Shown piece by piece: positions 36,066-47,900 of a stretch of DNA of 64,000 bases; within the stretch, counting starts at the first letter, position 1; every line of letters begins with the position of its first letter. The notes below the pieces were generated by a model. That model was not told the DNA's origin. It searched no databases and worked only from the letters and a program-made list of their open reading frames with translations. Location of the stretch: the NCBI GenBank assembly GCA_010909165.1, contig MU008161.1, forward strand, positions 620,001-684,000. Reading direction: 5' to 3'. Source of the stretch: Anthoceros angustus (taxonomy: Eukaryota > Plantae > Anthocerotophyta). Both the position numbers and the translations under genes were made by a program.

Positions 36066-37760
36066 TCAATTCTCTGTACCACTGATTGCTCCACCCGAAC
36101 GGCGAGCCTGTTCCAATATCCTATCGAATTTCACAGCACTGGCGTCTCGTTTGTCAAGCTCCTCCCCTTCCAATGCCAGCCATCTATCGCGAAAGTCATC
36201 CAAGATATTTTCTGGGCCTTTGCCTCCTTGTACACTGGTCCGGAGACACGATTCGCCCGATGGGGGTGGAAGGCTGGCTACCATCGTCTCGAATTCTGGG
36301 GTTGATAGTAACAGCTTAAACTTCATAACCATTACATCCAGACAATGGTCTCTAAATTTCCGCAACTCATACTTATCAGCCATACCCAGCCAACGGCACA
36401 GCTCTGCAGGACATGCGTCATCCAGCCGCGGTAGGAGAGCGTCAGCAACAAGGCGCTTCAAGTCAAACACGAGGTACCGTGAAGCTGCGTCGAGGATCCC
36501 CTCTGCCTCACTAGGGTCGACCTCATCCTCCAGAGTATCTGTGTACACGAATTCCAGCAGACTGCAGAAAGCTGTCGATCTTATCTCATGTTCTTCAAAC
36601 ACGGGCAGCTCCTCGGTCGTCTCCGACCCCTCCTCCTCTGCTGTTGCTCGACGAAATCTTGCCTCAAAATAGCCGGACCGTGCTCCTAATATGAGCTTAT
36701 GACTTCTGAACATGAGGCCGTCAACAAGGATGCAGACGTCCGCACAGTCGTCCTCCGGTTGAGCAGGAGGCCGCGGAGCATTGAATGGCGGGGTCATGGG
36801 GCCTTGTTGCCTCCTCGGCAGTTGTAAACCTCTACTCTTCCGAGCCCTAGGTTGCTGTGTGAGGGAATTGGCTCGGGTGAGGTGAAAGATCGCGCGCATA
36901 GCTGCTGCAAGCCGGGGCTGGTCAGGTACAAGCGATCGCTCTAGTGTATATATCCACTGGAAGTCATCACCCCGCTGCCACCTGTCCGTTGGCCGCCTAG
37001 CTCGGCCTCTAGGCTTGGTGTCTTTGCTCTTCATAACGGTGTAGAAATAGCGGAGCAGGCTGAAAAATGCGAAGAAGGAGCAATTCCGGCGTAGGCGTTT
37101 CTCCCTCTTGTCCTCCCAAACGTTGGCATCCTTGTGGCAGAAGAAAGGCGCACAACCAGCCAGGTCCAGGGCTGTCCGACGCACTGGTGGAGGAATCCGC
37201 TCGTCAGAAATGTGACGGAACATTCTGGAGGCCAAGCATCTTGCGGGTGCGCCAGCGGCAGCGTAGAGAAGGACGCGTTCGTCGCCGTCGGCCGAGTCGT
37301 GACCGGCGCCTGACAAAAATACGTCGCGAAGGGCAGCCGGAAGAGGCTGGTACAGAACAGGGGGGGGGTGCCTGTACTCTTCAAGCAGACTAAGCATTTC
37401 CGGATTGAGTGCGGCATTGTAGCATCGGACCCCATCGTGTGTGTGCTTGCTGTAGATTGCCCCTTCAGAACACAGGAAATCAGTGGCAGCAAGGTGGCCA
37501 GCGCGAGAGGTGTAGTACAGCGGCACGCAATCCCAGCAGTCCCGAGCGTTCACATCCACGTCCTTATCCCTCACCCAGAACCTCAGTTGGCCGACATCGC
37601 CGGCACGAGCTGCCTCGAACACATCTGCGCCTCCAGCCATCTTGCACCGCAACGGACACTCCTCCGCGGAGGCCTCGAAGAGATCGTCCGATGCATTGTC
37701 GAGGGGCTCCATGGACAATACATACACTTCGCTGCTGCTGCCAACTCCGACTCCAAACAA
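36066..37760 (-). CDS. Ankyrin-repeat plus BTB/POZ protein (ABTB1 / Arabidopsis At2g04740-like), intronless 564-aa ORF
   Basis: DVFEAARAGDV...VDVNARDCWDCVPLYY..RAGH ankyrin repeats; ADVCILVDGLMFRSHKLILGARSGYFEARF...FCSLLEFVYTDTL BTB; C-terminal LRRSGG. Confidence 0.85.
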   Translation of the reverse strand: MFGVGVGSSSEVYVLSMEPLDNASDDLFEASAEECPLRCKMAGGADVFEAARAGDVGQLRFWVRDKDVDVNARDCWDCVPLYYTSRAGHLAATDFLCSEGAIYSKHTHDGVRCYNAALNPEMLSLLEEYRHPPPVLYQPLPAALRDVFLSGAGHDSADGDERVLLYAAAGAPARCLASRMFRHISDERIPPPVRRTALDLAGCAPFFCHKDANVWEDKREKRLRRNCSFFAFFSLLRYFYTVMKSKDTKPRGRARRPTDRWQRGDDFQWIYTLERSLVPDQPRLAAAMRAIFHLTRANSLTQQPRARKSRGLQLPRRQQGPMTPPFNAPRPPAQPEDDCADVCILVDGLMFRSHKLILGARSGYFEARFRRATAEEEGSETTEELPVFEEHEIRSTAFCSLLEFVYTDTLEDEVDPSEAEGILDAASRYLVFDLKRLVADALLPRLDDACPAELCRWLGMADKYELRKFRDHCLDVMVMKFKLLLSTPEFETMVASLPPPSGESCLRTSVQGGKGPENILDDFRDRWLALEGEELDKRDASAVKFDRILEQARRSGGAISGTEN

Positions 37761-38540
37761 GCACTACCAGACCCGCCTGCGGAGCGCTGACGGGGACTTT
37801 GCTCTATGCGCAGTACTACCTAGACTACCTAATCCAGTTCACAGGCTTGCAGCAGGGTACCTTCACAGGGGTATGGATATGGAAGCGAAGAGACATGTAT
37901 CCTGTCCAAAGCGGCTGACAGCAAAACTATATTCAAACGACGATGGAAGCGAACGGACATAAGCGGCAGACGGCAAAACTATATTCAAACGGCTATGGGA
38001 AGCGGACAGACATGGTATGACATTTTCACAGGCCTATGAAAGCGAAGAAGTGAAGAGGCATCAGTCTCATCAGTCGTACCTGATATCATGCGTTTCGCCT
38101 GAATATGAAGCGTTTTGTTAGAACGTGTGTGGTGTATCCGGGCTCACCTCTCCGTTACCATCATATGTTATAAGCGGCAGAGTTACTTGATGTTCAAGAT
38201 TGTGGGGGCTACCCACAAGCCTCGTATTATATCCAGGCAAGCATACAGCCACCCAACCGCTAAGTGGAGGGAATCCCTGATACACGGATATGTATGCTTG
38301 CTGCTCGTCGGCATCCTAAGTAAACTGGAGCATCAGTGTGGAGGTCAGGATAGTGACACGAAAGGGATCCTTGGTGTCAGAAATGATAAGACTGTTCTCT
38401 GCTGAGATTTGTATGAGGTCTTACCTGTCTTTCATATCCATCTTCTGATCGGAATGCAGGGAATATTCCCTGCTTACCAGGTGGGAAAAAACTGCTGTCC
38501 TTGCCAATCACAAAATCAGCAACCATCGTGGAGACATGTC

Positions 38541-40786
38541 CTAATCCACGAGTGCATCTTCTGCCGACACCCGGCTAGTCGTTGGCGCCCTCCCAAGCCT
38601 TTTGAAAGCTACCAAAGCCCTTCTATACTCTGTCGCTTTGATCTGGATTAAAAGGTCATACACGACACGGCAGGTTAGATGAATTGACGACGACGTTGGC
38701 CTTCATGGCGGTACCAGATTGGCTAACATCCACGTACCGCAGGCATGCCTCCATAGTCACCAGACTCATGGATGTTGTTGGTGACTCCACTTTTTGCAGC
38801 TATGCGGACCTAAAAGTGACCGGAAAATGGGATGTCAGCCCAAATCACCCAGGAGCATTAGCCTAGAGCAAGGGCAATACCTTTGACACAATAGTTCTGT
38901 GGTCCGCAACACCTGATTGCCCTCCCATCACCACATAATCTCCGAGCCTTACAACAGAATCCAAGTGTAAGCTAGAATGTCTACTCAAAACATGACATTC
39001 TGCGAAATGCAATATTGCTCACTCCAACAAGCCACACTCACGTAGCAGAACCGCCGATTCCAACTTGCCCACAAAGCATGCAGCACCGGCCAATCACTGC
39101 ATTGTGGCCAATCTGACCTTAGAATCCGTAAAAGTATGGTCAGACGGAGTTGTTACCCAAAGGAACGGACACACTTAAGCAATTCTCAACCTAACGTAAA
39201 TACCTGAACTAGGTTGTCAATTTTTGTGTGATCGCCAATGACAGTATCTCGCCAGCTGCCAGAGTCCCGTATCCTTTTGTTACTGATCAACAACTAGAAG
39301 TGCTCACAGAGCTACGAATCCTAGAGAGGGAAAAAACTTGTTTTCAAGGCAAAGTACCGAACGGTGCTACCTGCCCCTGTCTATACACGAATTGGCCCCT
39401 ATCTCTACATGATTTCCTATCTTCACCTGTAGTAGCTGCATAAGAAAGCAGAAATGGATTACTTCACTGACTGTCAACCTCCAGTCTTATTGTACGCATG
39501 TGGATCACAGTTTCATGATGCTGTTGCTCTTCCCTGAATAACCTTTAAAGCCATCTAGCAGCCTTGCATTTGGGCACAGAAACCACAACAGCATTCCGGT
39601 TACCTGAGGTTTCTTGATTACTTCACCTTCCTCGTTGACCAAAAAGCCAAATCCTACCACCAACAACACCGATGTGATCATACGAAGTGACGAAGAGTAA
39701 GTTTCCTTACGGTCACGTTGGTCACTGGAAAAAGATTCACTCCAACCAAGGGCAGCTGCACACCATCTTGGCCAATAGAGACGCCATTGTGGAGGATGCA
39801 AGATTCTCCGATGGAGCAGTTCTGCAACGAAACGTTATACCTGCACCGCAAGTACACACAACGGTAGGCAGAGTTGGAACCCGTCTGAGTTAGCATCCTC
39901 AAAACATCTGACAAATACTAAAAGTGGCCAACAGCAAACGTGTAGCCATCTCGGGAGTGCAAGCAACATCAAGAGGGAACCAGCTCAAACTCTCTCCTTC
40001 ATGAACTAAAGAAGGCACAAATAACAACCCCAGCACGGTGGAGGAGCCGATGGTCACATCGCGTCCTACGATGGAGCCCGATCCGATGTGAGCGTTGGGG
40101 CCCACGCGAGCATGGGCTTGCACCAGAGCTCCCACCTCCACAACTACACTTGGATCCACTTGAGCCAATTTGTGAACCAGCCCCCCTCCTCTGTCCCAAT
40201 TCTCTACTCCAGTGCTCTCAGCTTTCCCGAAGCCAAGCGCCACTGCCACTGCAAAAACCATGCCACCTGAAATGAGACAAAAGGAGCTCGCATCCTGGAA
40301 TTGGCCGGAACAAATTTTGGCTCTGATTGAGCTTCTGAAATTGGACAAGCAAGCTGCGCACCGGAGCATCTGCTCAGGCGCGGTGCCTTCCGGTATTGCG
40401 CATGAAGCTCCTGCCTCCGAGGAACCACCAGGGAAGATAGCCGTCCTAGTCTTCCCACCTGTGAAGGCGACCATGGCAGGGACAGGCTGCGCACACACAC
40501 TCCTGCCGCGGCCGCCTGCATTGCTCCAGCTGCTCCCTCCTAGTCCTAGTCTGCGACATTCAGCGCCGCCTATTCCCCCATAATTCACTGCCTGCAAAGG
40601 AAAAACGCCCGCTGCACAGTCTTTCTCCCAACGATGTACTAGCTGGAGTTCGAATTTCCATCCGCGCATGTCACGAGTATAATATGGCCTGACTTTTCTT
40701 CTCGCATTGTATGGAGGTTCTGTTGCTTCATTACCGCGTGGGCGGACTGCTGCTATACATGGCGAGATTGCTTGCAAATGTGACAA
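38541..40786 (-). CDS. LpxD: Plant LpxD, UDP-3-O-acylglucosamine N-acyltransferase (lipid A pathway), about 9 exons; start codon uncertain
   Basis: Hexapeptide exons with GT-AG borders: WDRGGGLVHKLA..GSIVGRDVTIGSSTVLG | YNVSLQNCSIGESCILHNGVSIGQDG | FGF..KKPQ | LLQVKIGNHVEIGANSCIDRGS | WRDTVIGDHTKIDNLVQ | IGHNAVIGRCCMLCGQVGIGGS | LGDYVVMGGQSGVADH | VRIAAKSGVT..GDYGGMPA | IKATEYRR..D* (stop at 38541). Confidence 0.92.
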
Positions 40787-41339
40787 GGAACAGAAGGCCC
40801 GCGGAGGAAGGCTTGGAGGGTTCTTGGAGCGATGGGAGCGTCCAGCAGCGGGAGCGTCGTGGATGGACAGAAGGATGCACGCGTGCGATCGGGAGCGCCT
40901 ACGGGCGAAGTAAAGCTAGACGGATCCAAGGTGATGCAAAAACGGTCAGAGCTTGCCTCTGCTGTGGTACTCGGGAAGGTACCCGGCCAGTCTCCCAGCA
41001 TACAGGAGGTTGCCGAGTATGTGATCAGCGCTACGCCCCCCACTCTCCCCCAACTCACCCCCTCCTTGTCTACCCACATATCAAACGCTGGGAAATAAGA
41101 AAAGCGCCAGAGCTCGTGTGCGACCATGGCTGCCTGGAGACACGTCCTACAGCGAGGTCGTCGCCAGAAGCTTTTCCAGCGGCAAGGTTCTCGGGACGTT
41201 GCAGTTTGGCAAGATAACGGCGGCTTTCGTTCAGCTGGTGCTCTGCAGATGGGGATGGAGATGGATTGTTGTGGCTCCCGTTGGTACTGGAGCTTGCTGG
41301 AAGATGCTGATCCTGGCAGGGCTGCAGGATGCAAAGATA

Positions 41340-43330
41340 GCGTGACGGCTGACACCGTGAGCAAGCTATGTCGTCAGGGCCATCTCACTGTTTGAGGCTT
41401 TGGGAGTTTTGGTGCAGACAGGCGGTTTTGTTTCAAAGTCTCTCTTTTATGCTTTGCTGAAGAAATGTGTGGGGGACAAGGACCTTGTTCTCGATCGCCG
41501 GGTTCATGCTTTACTGTCAAAGCGGGGTACCAGTCGGACACGTTCCTGTGCAATCACATTCTGCGGATGTATGCTTCTCATGGCAGGTTACAAGACGCGT
41601 GGATGTGTTTGCAGTGGTTGGCAAAAACACTTGGTCTGCCATTATTTCTGCGCATGTTAAAGAAGGGAAAGACAAGCATTTCTCTTCCTCCTGCAAGCAT
41701 GTGCAAGTGTGGGGACCCTGGCTTTGGAGATGGGGGGACATCTTCATGCCCAGATTAGAGAACAAGGACATCATACTGATCTGTTTGTGGCCAACAGTTT
41801 GGTGAACATGTATGCAAAGTGTGGCAGCTTGCAGTATTCCCAGGGTGTGTTTGCCAAAATTGGTTGGAAAGATGTGGTGTCATGGAATGCCATGATAGCA
41901 GGGTATTCCCAGCATGGGATGGGCCAAGACGCCCTGCATCTTTATAGTACAATGCGAGAGGAAGGCATCACTGTACCCACCTCTGTGACGTTTGTGTCCC
42001 CTCTGCAGACATGTGCAAGTCTTGGTGCACCAGGGCTAGAGATGGGGAAGCAGCTTCATGCACATGTTAGGGAACTCGGATTTCAAGACGATGTTTTTGT
42101 AGCCAGCAGTCTGGTTAACACATGCAGCCTTGAAGACGCTCACAGAGTGTTTGACGGGCTTGATCAAACTGATGTGGTGTTCTGGACTTCTCTGATAGCA
42201 GGATATTCCCAGCAGGGAATGGGCCAGGAAGCTCTATGTCTCGACAGTGCTTTGCAAGAACATGACATCACTGTACCTGATTCCGCGACATTTGTGTGCC
42301 TCCTGCAGGCGTGTGCTAGTGTAGGCGCCCCAGCTTGGAGAAGGGGCTGCAGCTTCATGCAGAAATCAGAGAAAAAGGACATCATGGCATTCCACGTCAC
42401 AGTGACCGACGCTCGCAGTGTGTTTGACGGAGTGGGTCAAAAGGATGTGGCAACGTGAATGCCATGATATCAGGGTACTCCCAGCAGGGATTGGGCCAAG
42501 AAGCACTTTATCTTTACAGGGCTATGCAAGAAGGCAGCAATGCTCTACCTGATTGTGTGACGTTTGTGTCCCTGCTCCAGCAGGCATGTGCAAGTGTGGG
42601 CAACCCAGCTTTGGAGATGGGGAAGCAGCTTCATGCACAGATTAGAGAACAAGGACATCAAGCTGATGTATTTGTTGACAGCAGTTTGGTAAACATCTAC
42701 GCAAAGTGTGGGAGCTTGGAAGATGCTCAGAGAGTCTTTGACTCTCTTCGGGAAAAAGATGTGGTAACCTGGACTTCTATGATTGCAGGGTATGCCTAGC
42801 AGGGCATGGGCCAAGAAGGCCTTGGACTCTACAGTGTTACGCAAGAGGAAGGCATAGCTGTAATCGACTGTGTGACATTTGTATGCCTCCTTCAAGCATG
42901 TGGGAATGTGGCAGCCTTACATCTTGGAAGGCAACTACATGCTCAGATTGAAGAGCAAGGGCTTCAAGCTGATGTGTCTGTAGCTGGCAGTCTGATAAAT
43001 ATGTTTGGCAAGTCTGGGAGCATGGTCGATGCACAGAGAGTACTTTGAGGCTATGAGTAGACACTACGGCATCACTCCCACGGTGTAGCACTACGCATGC
43101 ATGGTGGATCTCCTGGGCCGTGCAGGTCAAGTGGATGAGGCACTAGGTTTGGTAAGGACAATGCCTTTACTGCCGAATGTTGCATTTTGGCACACTCTGT
43201 TGGCTGCTTGTCAAAAGTGGAGCAACGTGGAGGTGGGACGCCATGCCTTTGATGAAGCTTTGAAAACGGACATGAAAGACCCTGCAGCATATGTACGTGC
43301 TGCTGTCGAACATATACATACACAGGTGCC
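41340..43330 (+). pseudogene. PLS-class pentatricopeptide repeat gene with E domain, disrupted
   Basis: GKQLHAQI..DVFV.SSLVNMYAKCGSL.DA.RVFD...DVV.W.AMI.GY repeats; MVDLLGRAGQVDEA..MP..PNVAFWHTLLAAC..W.NVEVGRHAF E domain; in-frame TAG at ~42797 and several frameshifts. Confidence 0.88.
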
Positions 43331-45419
43331 CAGATGTGGGAGCAAGCCCAGGAGTTGCAGGCAAGGAGAGTAGGAATCAAGGTATGGAAATAAGTCGGGA
43401 CAGAGTTGGTGGACAGACATGTACGGGCTGGTGCATAGTTTTTGAGTGCGGAGTTTTTATGTCGGAGACTCAAACATGTGATGTTATGTACACGGGAGAC
43501 CACTTATTTGGGCCACATCACCTGAGCATTGCTGCAATCCAGGGCTCCAGCATTGCTGCAATGCTCTTCAGCTAGGTAGTCACTTTCAACTGGCTCCCCT
43601 GTCACGGGTCGGGGACCGGAGTGGATGGAGTTACATGTCAAGCGGCCCTCTTAATGGCCAAGACTCCAAACTCAGGGAGGCCACGTCATTATCCGTAGGC
43701 AAAGGGCCAACTTGGACTTGCATGTGAGACAAACGGAACGCTTCTCTGCGGTCTTTGGGGCCATGATTCCTAACCCTGTACCGCGCGGTTTCTTTTCTCA
43801 AATCTATGTCGTGCGGTTCTTCGTTGATAGGGTGAAGTGTGTACCAGGAATATGTAGGAGGAATAGTATGTGTGTTTGTGATGAATGTCAGACTTGAACC
43901 CCAGGACGAATGGACTCGATCGTGCGGGTAGGCCGACGGACTCCGTGCATCTTGGCCAACAATGTCGATTGGCCTTCGTCTGCGTCCTCTAAACTATTTC
44001 CTTTTTCCGTGCCACCCTTAAAGCAAAGTATGCGGTCTTTGGTGGTCCTGGCGAATTCTATGATTGAACAAAACAAGTGGCTATGGCTGATTATATGACT
44101 GAAAAAACAAGCAACTATATTGACAAATTGGCCATGACTGAAAAAGACTGGTGGCAATGGCCAATTTTATGGCTAAAAAAACAAACAACTATATCAACAT
44201 CTACTCGTGATGGTATGCCAAAAATCCCGAGAAAAGCTATTTTGGTTGAGTGAATCTCCTTGGAAGATGGTACCACTGTAACCATCGAATTTTCTTGCTT
44301 GGAAAATTATTACTTGTGGCTCAAGCATGAAAAGTGGCCAAATTTTTTGTGCCAAACCTGCATAGAGGGCAAAGATGCCCTTCTCCATGGACATGGGAAC
44401 CTCTTACCTATTGAGCTTGAAAAAAAGTGGCTCATGAGAAGGAGGCTTTTTATTGTTCCCCGCACATGTGTTTGAAGTATGGACGATGATGGTAATGGTT
44501 AAGCAAAGATCAGGCTGAGGAGATTTTTTAATTAAAAGATAAAAAAATTATTAAGAGAAAACAACACTGGAGTACGAGGTTCCGTCTGTCAAATAATTTA
44601 GTAAATAATTTAGTGGAGAAAAACATTTTATGTTTCTTTGCAGTTGCAGGTAAGGATCGAGATCCGAATCCAAGCCCTCTTGGACCAGCGCTAGCGCATG
44701 ACCAATTCGGCCATTCTCACCTCACATCACGTCTCGGAAGGCATTGCCTACCAACGGAATTGATTTACCCCGGCAAGGGTGGACGACTTGAGTGAATAGA
44801 GTCACGTGTCAAGCGGCTCCTAACTAAGACACGTTCAAACGAATAGACTCCAACGCCCTGTTCAAAGTTCAAACGGCGACTGGGGTCAAGAAAAAGAGTG
44901 AAAGTGCGTCAACTGAGCAAGAACAGACCGACCACCAATTCATCGATCTGGCTGTGGGCCGTGGCAGGCTGCAGCGACAGCGATTTCTTGCTGTTGCATA
45001 TATATAGTGTAAGCGCAAGATGCAGTCCATTGTAGCCAAAAGCCAAGGATCCTTGACCCATCCATCCACCTATCAATCGGCATTCCTTTGAATTCCGGAC
45101 TTGCATCTAAGTCAATGTCATCTCCAACATGAGCAAACTCGAATGGTAGATGCACACAAGTAGCACCGTGAAAGGCAGTTTTTCCGGTCTACACTGTACG
45201 GACAGACAAGTGAAGGTATCTAGATGGTGTCTCGGTGGCATGCGCTCAGATCTCGATACTCATCGACTTCCAAGCTGGCATGGAGGAGTTTGTTTTTCGC
45301 GACCTATACAAAAAAAGCAGCGTACAGGGACCGGGCGGCATCCGGGTTCCTGCTCTCCAGTACATTTGCTGCACTGGGACGCATTAATTTAATTCATAAC
45401 CATTGGTTGATTCAGCAAC

Positions 45420-45860
45420 GGGCAAGTAGTGCTATGGCTTTACAGCAGCAACAAGCCTAATGCTGAAACTGATTGAATGATGTTTGCAAGTGAGTAATGC
45501 AGGTCACAGGGAATCACATTTGTGAGATTCAAGCTGTTCCCGTGTAGTGAGAACTTGCCACACACGCACCCTCACCATGTTGTCGGGCGAGGCACTCCAA
45601 GTTGGCTTTGTCGACACCAATGGTATGCATGTGAATTGGGCCAGTGTTGGTGCATTTGATGATGAATTTTTGTGGGCTCAAATTCATTCTCACCTGCGAA
45701 TGATTTTGTAGTGGGAACTGCACACATCAACATCCTAAAACCGGGCAATGTGACCATTTTCCCTCGTGGAATGTTGCATTTTGAGTTGAACGTGGGAGCG
45801 GAGGATGCAGAGTTTATTTCTTCACTTAATAGCGAGAACCCTGGCTCTTGGCTCTTTGGT
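45420..45860 (+). pseudogene. Germin-like cupin fragment, copy 1
   Basis: GITFVRFKLFPCSENLPHTHP / LTMLSGEALQVGFVDTNG / ILKPGNVTIFPRGMLHFELNVG..ISSLNSENPG; germin box 1 is broken after HTHP. Confidence 0.8.
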
Positions 45861-46249
45861 AGGCCTCTATTTGGTAGAATTTTGCAATTGAGAATCTTTG
45901 GGTTTGCTATTCATCTTATGACCCATCCATCCACCTATCAATCGGCATTCCTTTGAATTCGGACTTGCATCTAAGTCAATGTCATCTCCAACATGAGCAA
46001 ACTCGAATGGTAGATGCACAAGTAGCACCGTGAAAGGCGGTTTTCGGTCTACAACCTTTGCGACAAGTGAAGGTATCTAGATGGTGTCTCGGTGGCATGC
46101 TCGGATCTCGATACTCATCGACTGGTATGGCATGGAGGAGTTTGTTTTCGCGACCTATACAAAAAGCGTCTGAGGGACGGGCGGCATCCGGGTTCTGCTC
46201 TCCGAACATTCGACCGGGACGCATTAATTTAATTCATAACCATTGGTTG

Positions 46250-46700
46250 ATTCAGAAACGGGCAAGTAGTCTATGGCTTTCGGCAACAAGCCTAATCTGG
46301 CCCGGTTGAATGATGTTTGCAAGTGAGTAATGCAGGTCACAGGGAATCACATTTGTGAGATTCAAGCTGTTCCCGTGTAGTGAGAACTTGCCACACACGC
46401 ACCCTCACCATGTTGTCGGGCGAGGCACTCCAAGTTGGCTTTGTCGACACCAATGGTATGCATGTGAATTGGGCCAGTGTTGGTGCATTTGATGATGAAT
46501 TTTTGTGGGCTCAAATTCATTCTCACCTGCGAATGATTTTGTAGTGGGAACTGCACACATCAACATCCTAAAACCGGGCAATGTGACCATTTTCCCTCGT
46601 GGAATGTTGCATTTTGAGTTGAACGTGGGAGCGGAGGATGCAGAGTTTATTTCTTCACTTAATAGCGAGAACCCTGGCTCTTGGCTCTTTGGTAGGCCTC
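46250..46700 (+). pseudogene. Germin-like cupin fragment, copy 2
   Basis: Same as copy 1. The provided ORFs 46362/46405/46505 are identical or nearly identical to 45529/45572/45672 at an 833-bp offset. Confidence 0.8.
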
Positions 46701-47399
46701 TATTTGGTAGAATTTTGCAATTGAGAATCTTTGGGTTTGCTATTCATCTTATGACCACTGCCATGCTGTGGTAGGAGAAGCTACTTTCTTTCAGGCTCAC
46801 CATCCCGTCTGACGCATGCTACATTAGTGGTATGTACAACTACTAGCTAGCAATATGATACTGAGTAAGAGAATTACGAGCATGCGACCATCGTTTTCTA
46901 CGAGATGTGTATGGACATAAGCATCCACACAAACAATGTGGATGCAATTTCTTTGACATTCTCTTGAGAAGTTGAGAGTGAGCACTCAAGGGAGCACTAG
47001 CTAGCATTGGATAGATTAACACGAGCGAGAACTCGAGCTAGCACCACAGCAGCTGCTTGTTGTAGGCCGACAGGCACGTCAACCTCGACAACCCAGCAGT
47101 GCTGGATACAAGCGCATGGGTGCAGCAAGCGGTGCAATGGCGATCATGCAACCCAACACTTTGAATATAGAATCGTCCGTTAACCATAGGATTTTCTGTC
47201 ATTGTGACTAGACAAGGTAATAAAATTGGACATTGGATGAATAGATGAATAAATGTAGGTAGTAGATTTTTCATCCAGAGGTTTCTTTGATGGCCTTTGA
47301 GTAGGGACAGCTCAGTGCACACTTAATATTTGGTATAAGATTCTTAAATCAAACTATGCGCACAAATATTTTGCTGAAGAAAATACTAAGTAGTTGCAA

Positions 47400-47900
47400 T
47401 TGGATCTTCCTTTATCTATTGAAGAAGAACAATCTATTATTCAAGAGCATTCTATATTGTGGACCTTGTCCAAACAAATAACTCCACCTTAACCGTGTGC
47501 ATATTGTAAGTCCCTCTCTTTACATGTGACTAGCCATTCTTGCCTAGTGAATTATTGAGCCCACAAGAGTCAAGAGTCTTGAGGATATTATTACCCTGTC
47601 ACTCTATTTTTACCTTCAAAAAATTTATAAGTTAAAGAGTCATTGTTCAATAATGGTAAGTACAGATCTAGAAATTTTTTGAAGCTCAAATCTTTTGTTA
47701 AGTGTTTTGGGACCTGAAAAACTATCACAAGAAGTTGTTTCTTTTATCATATCATCCATACAAGCAGTATAAAAGGGATTATCAAAATAGTGTAGCAAAG
47801 TGGTGCTCTATAAAAAGTTGCTCGATAAAAAGGTGCTTACATATAGGCAGAATAGGATAGAAAAAAGTGTGCTATGATTGTTCTCCACAAAAAAACTTGT
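47400..47900 (-). mobile_element. Possible L1-type LINE RT remnant, highly decayed
   Basis: AT-rich; broken minus-strand frames suggest ..EQ(L)F.DDSL and later non-LTR RT segments. Motif support is weak. Confidence 0.3.

Noticed and set aside
35563-36672. 369-aa plus-strand ORF
   Set aside because: Antisense shadow of the BTB gene and LpxD pseudogene; Ser/Arg-rich with no motif.
38541-40786. LpxD as bacterial contamination or recent horizontal transfer
   Set aside because: It has spliceosomal introns and an N-terminal extension, and land plants are known to encode LpxD.
44100-45160. Short ORFs at 44260-44475 and 44940-45155 as genes
   Set aside because: No recognisable motif or supported splice structure.
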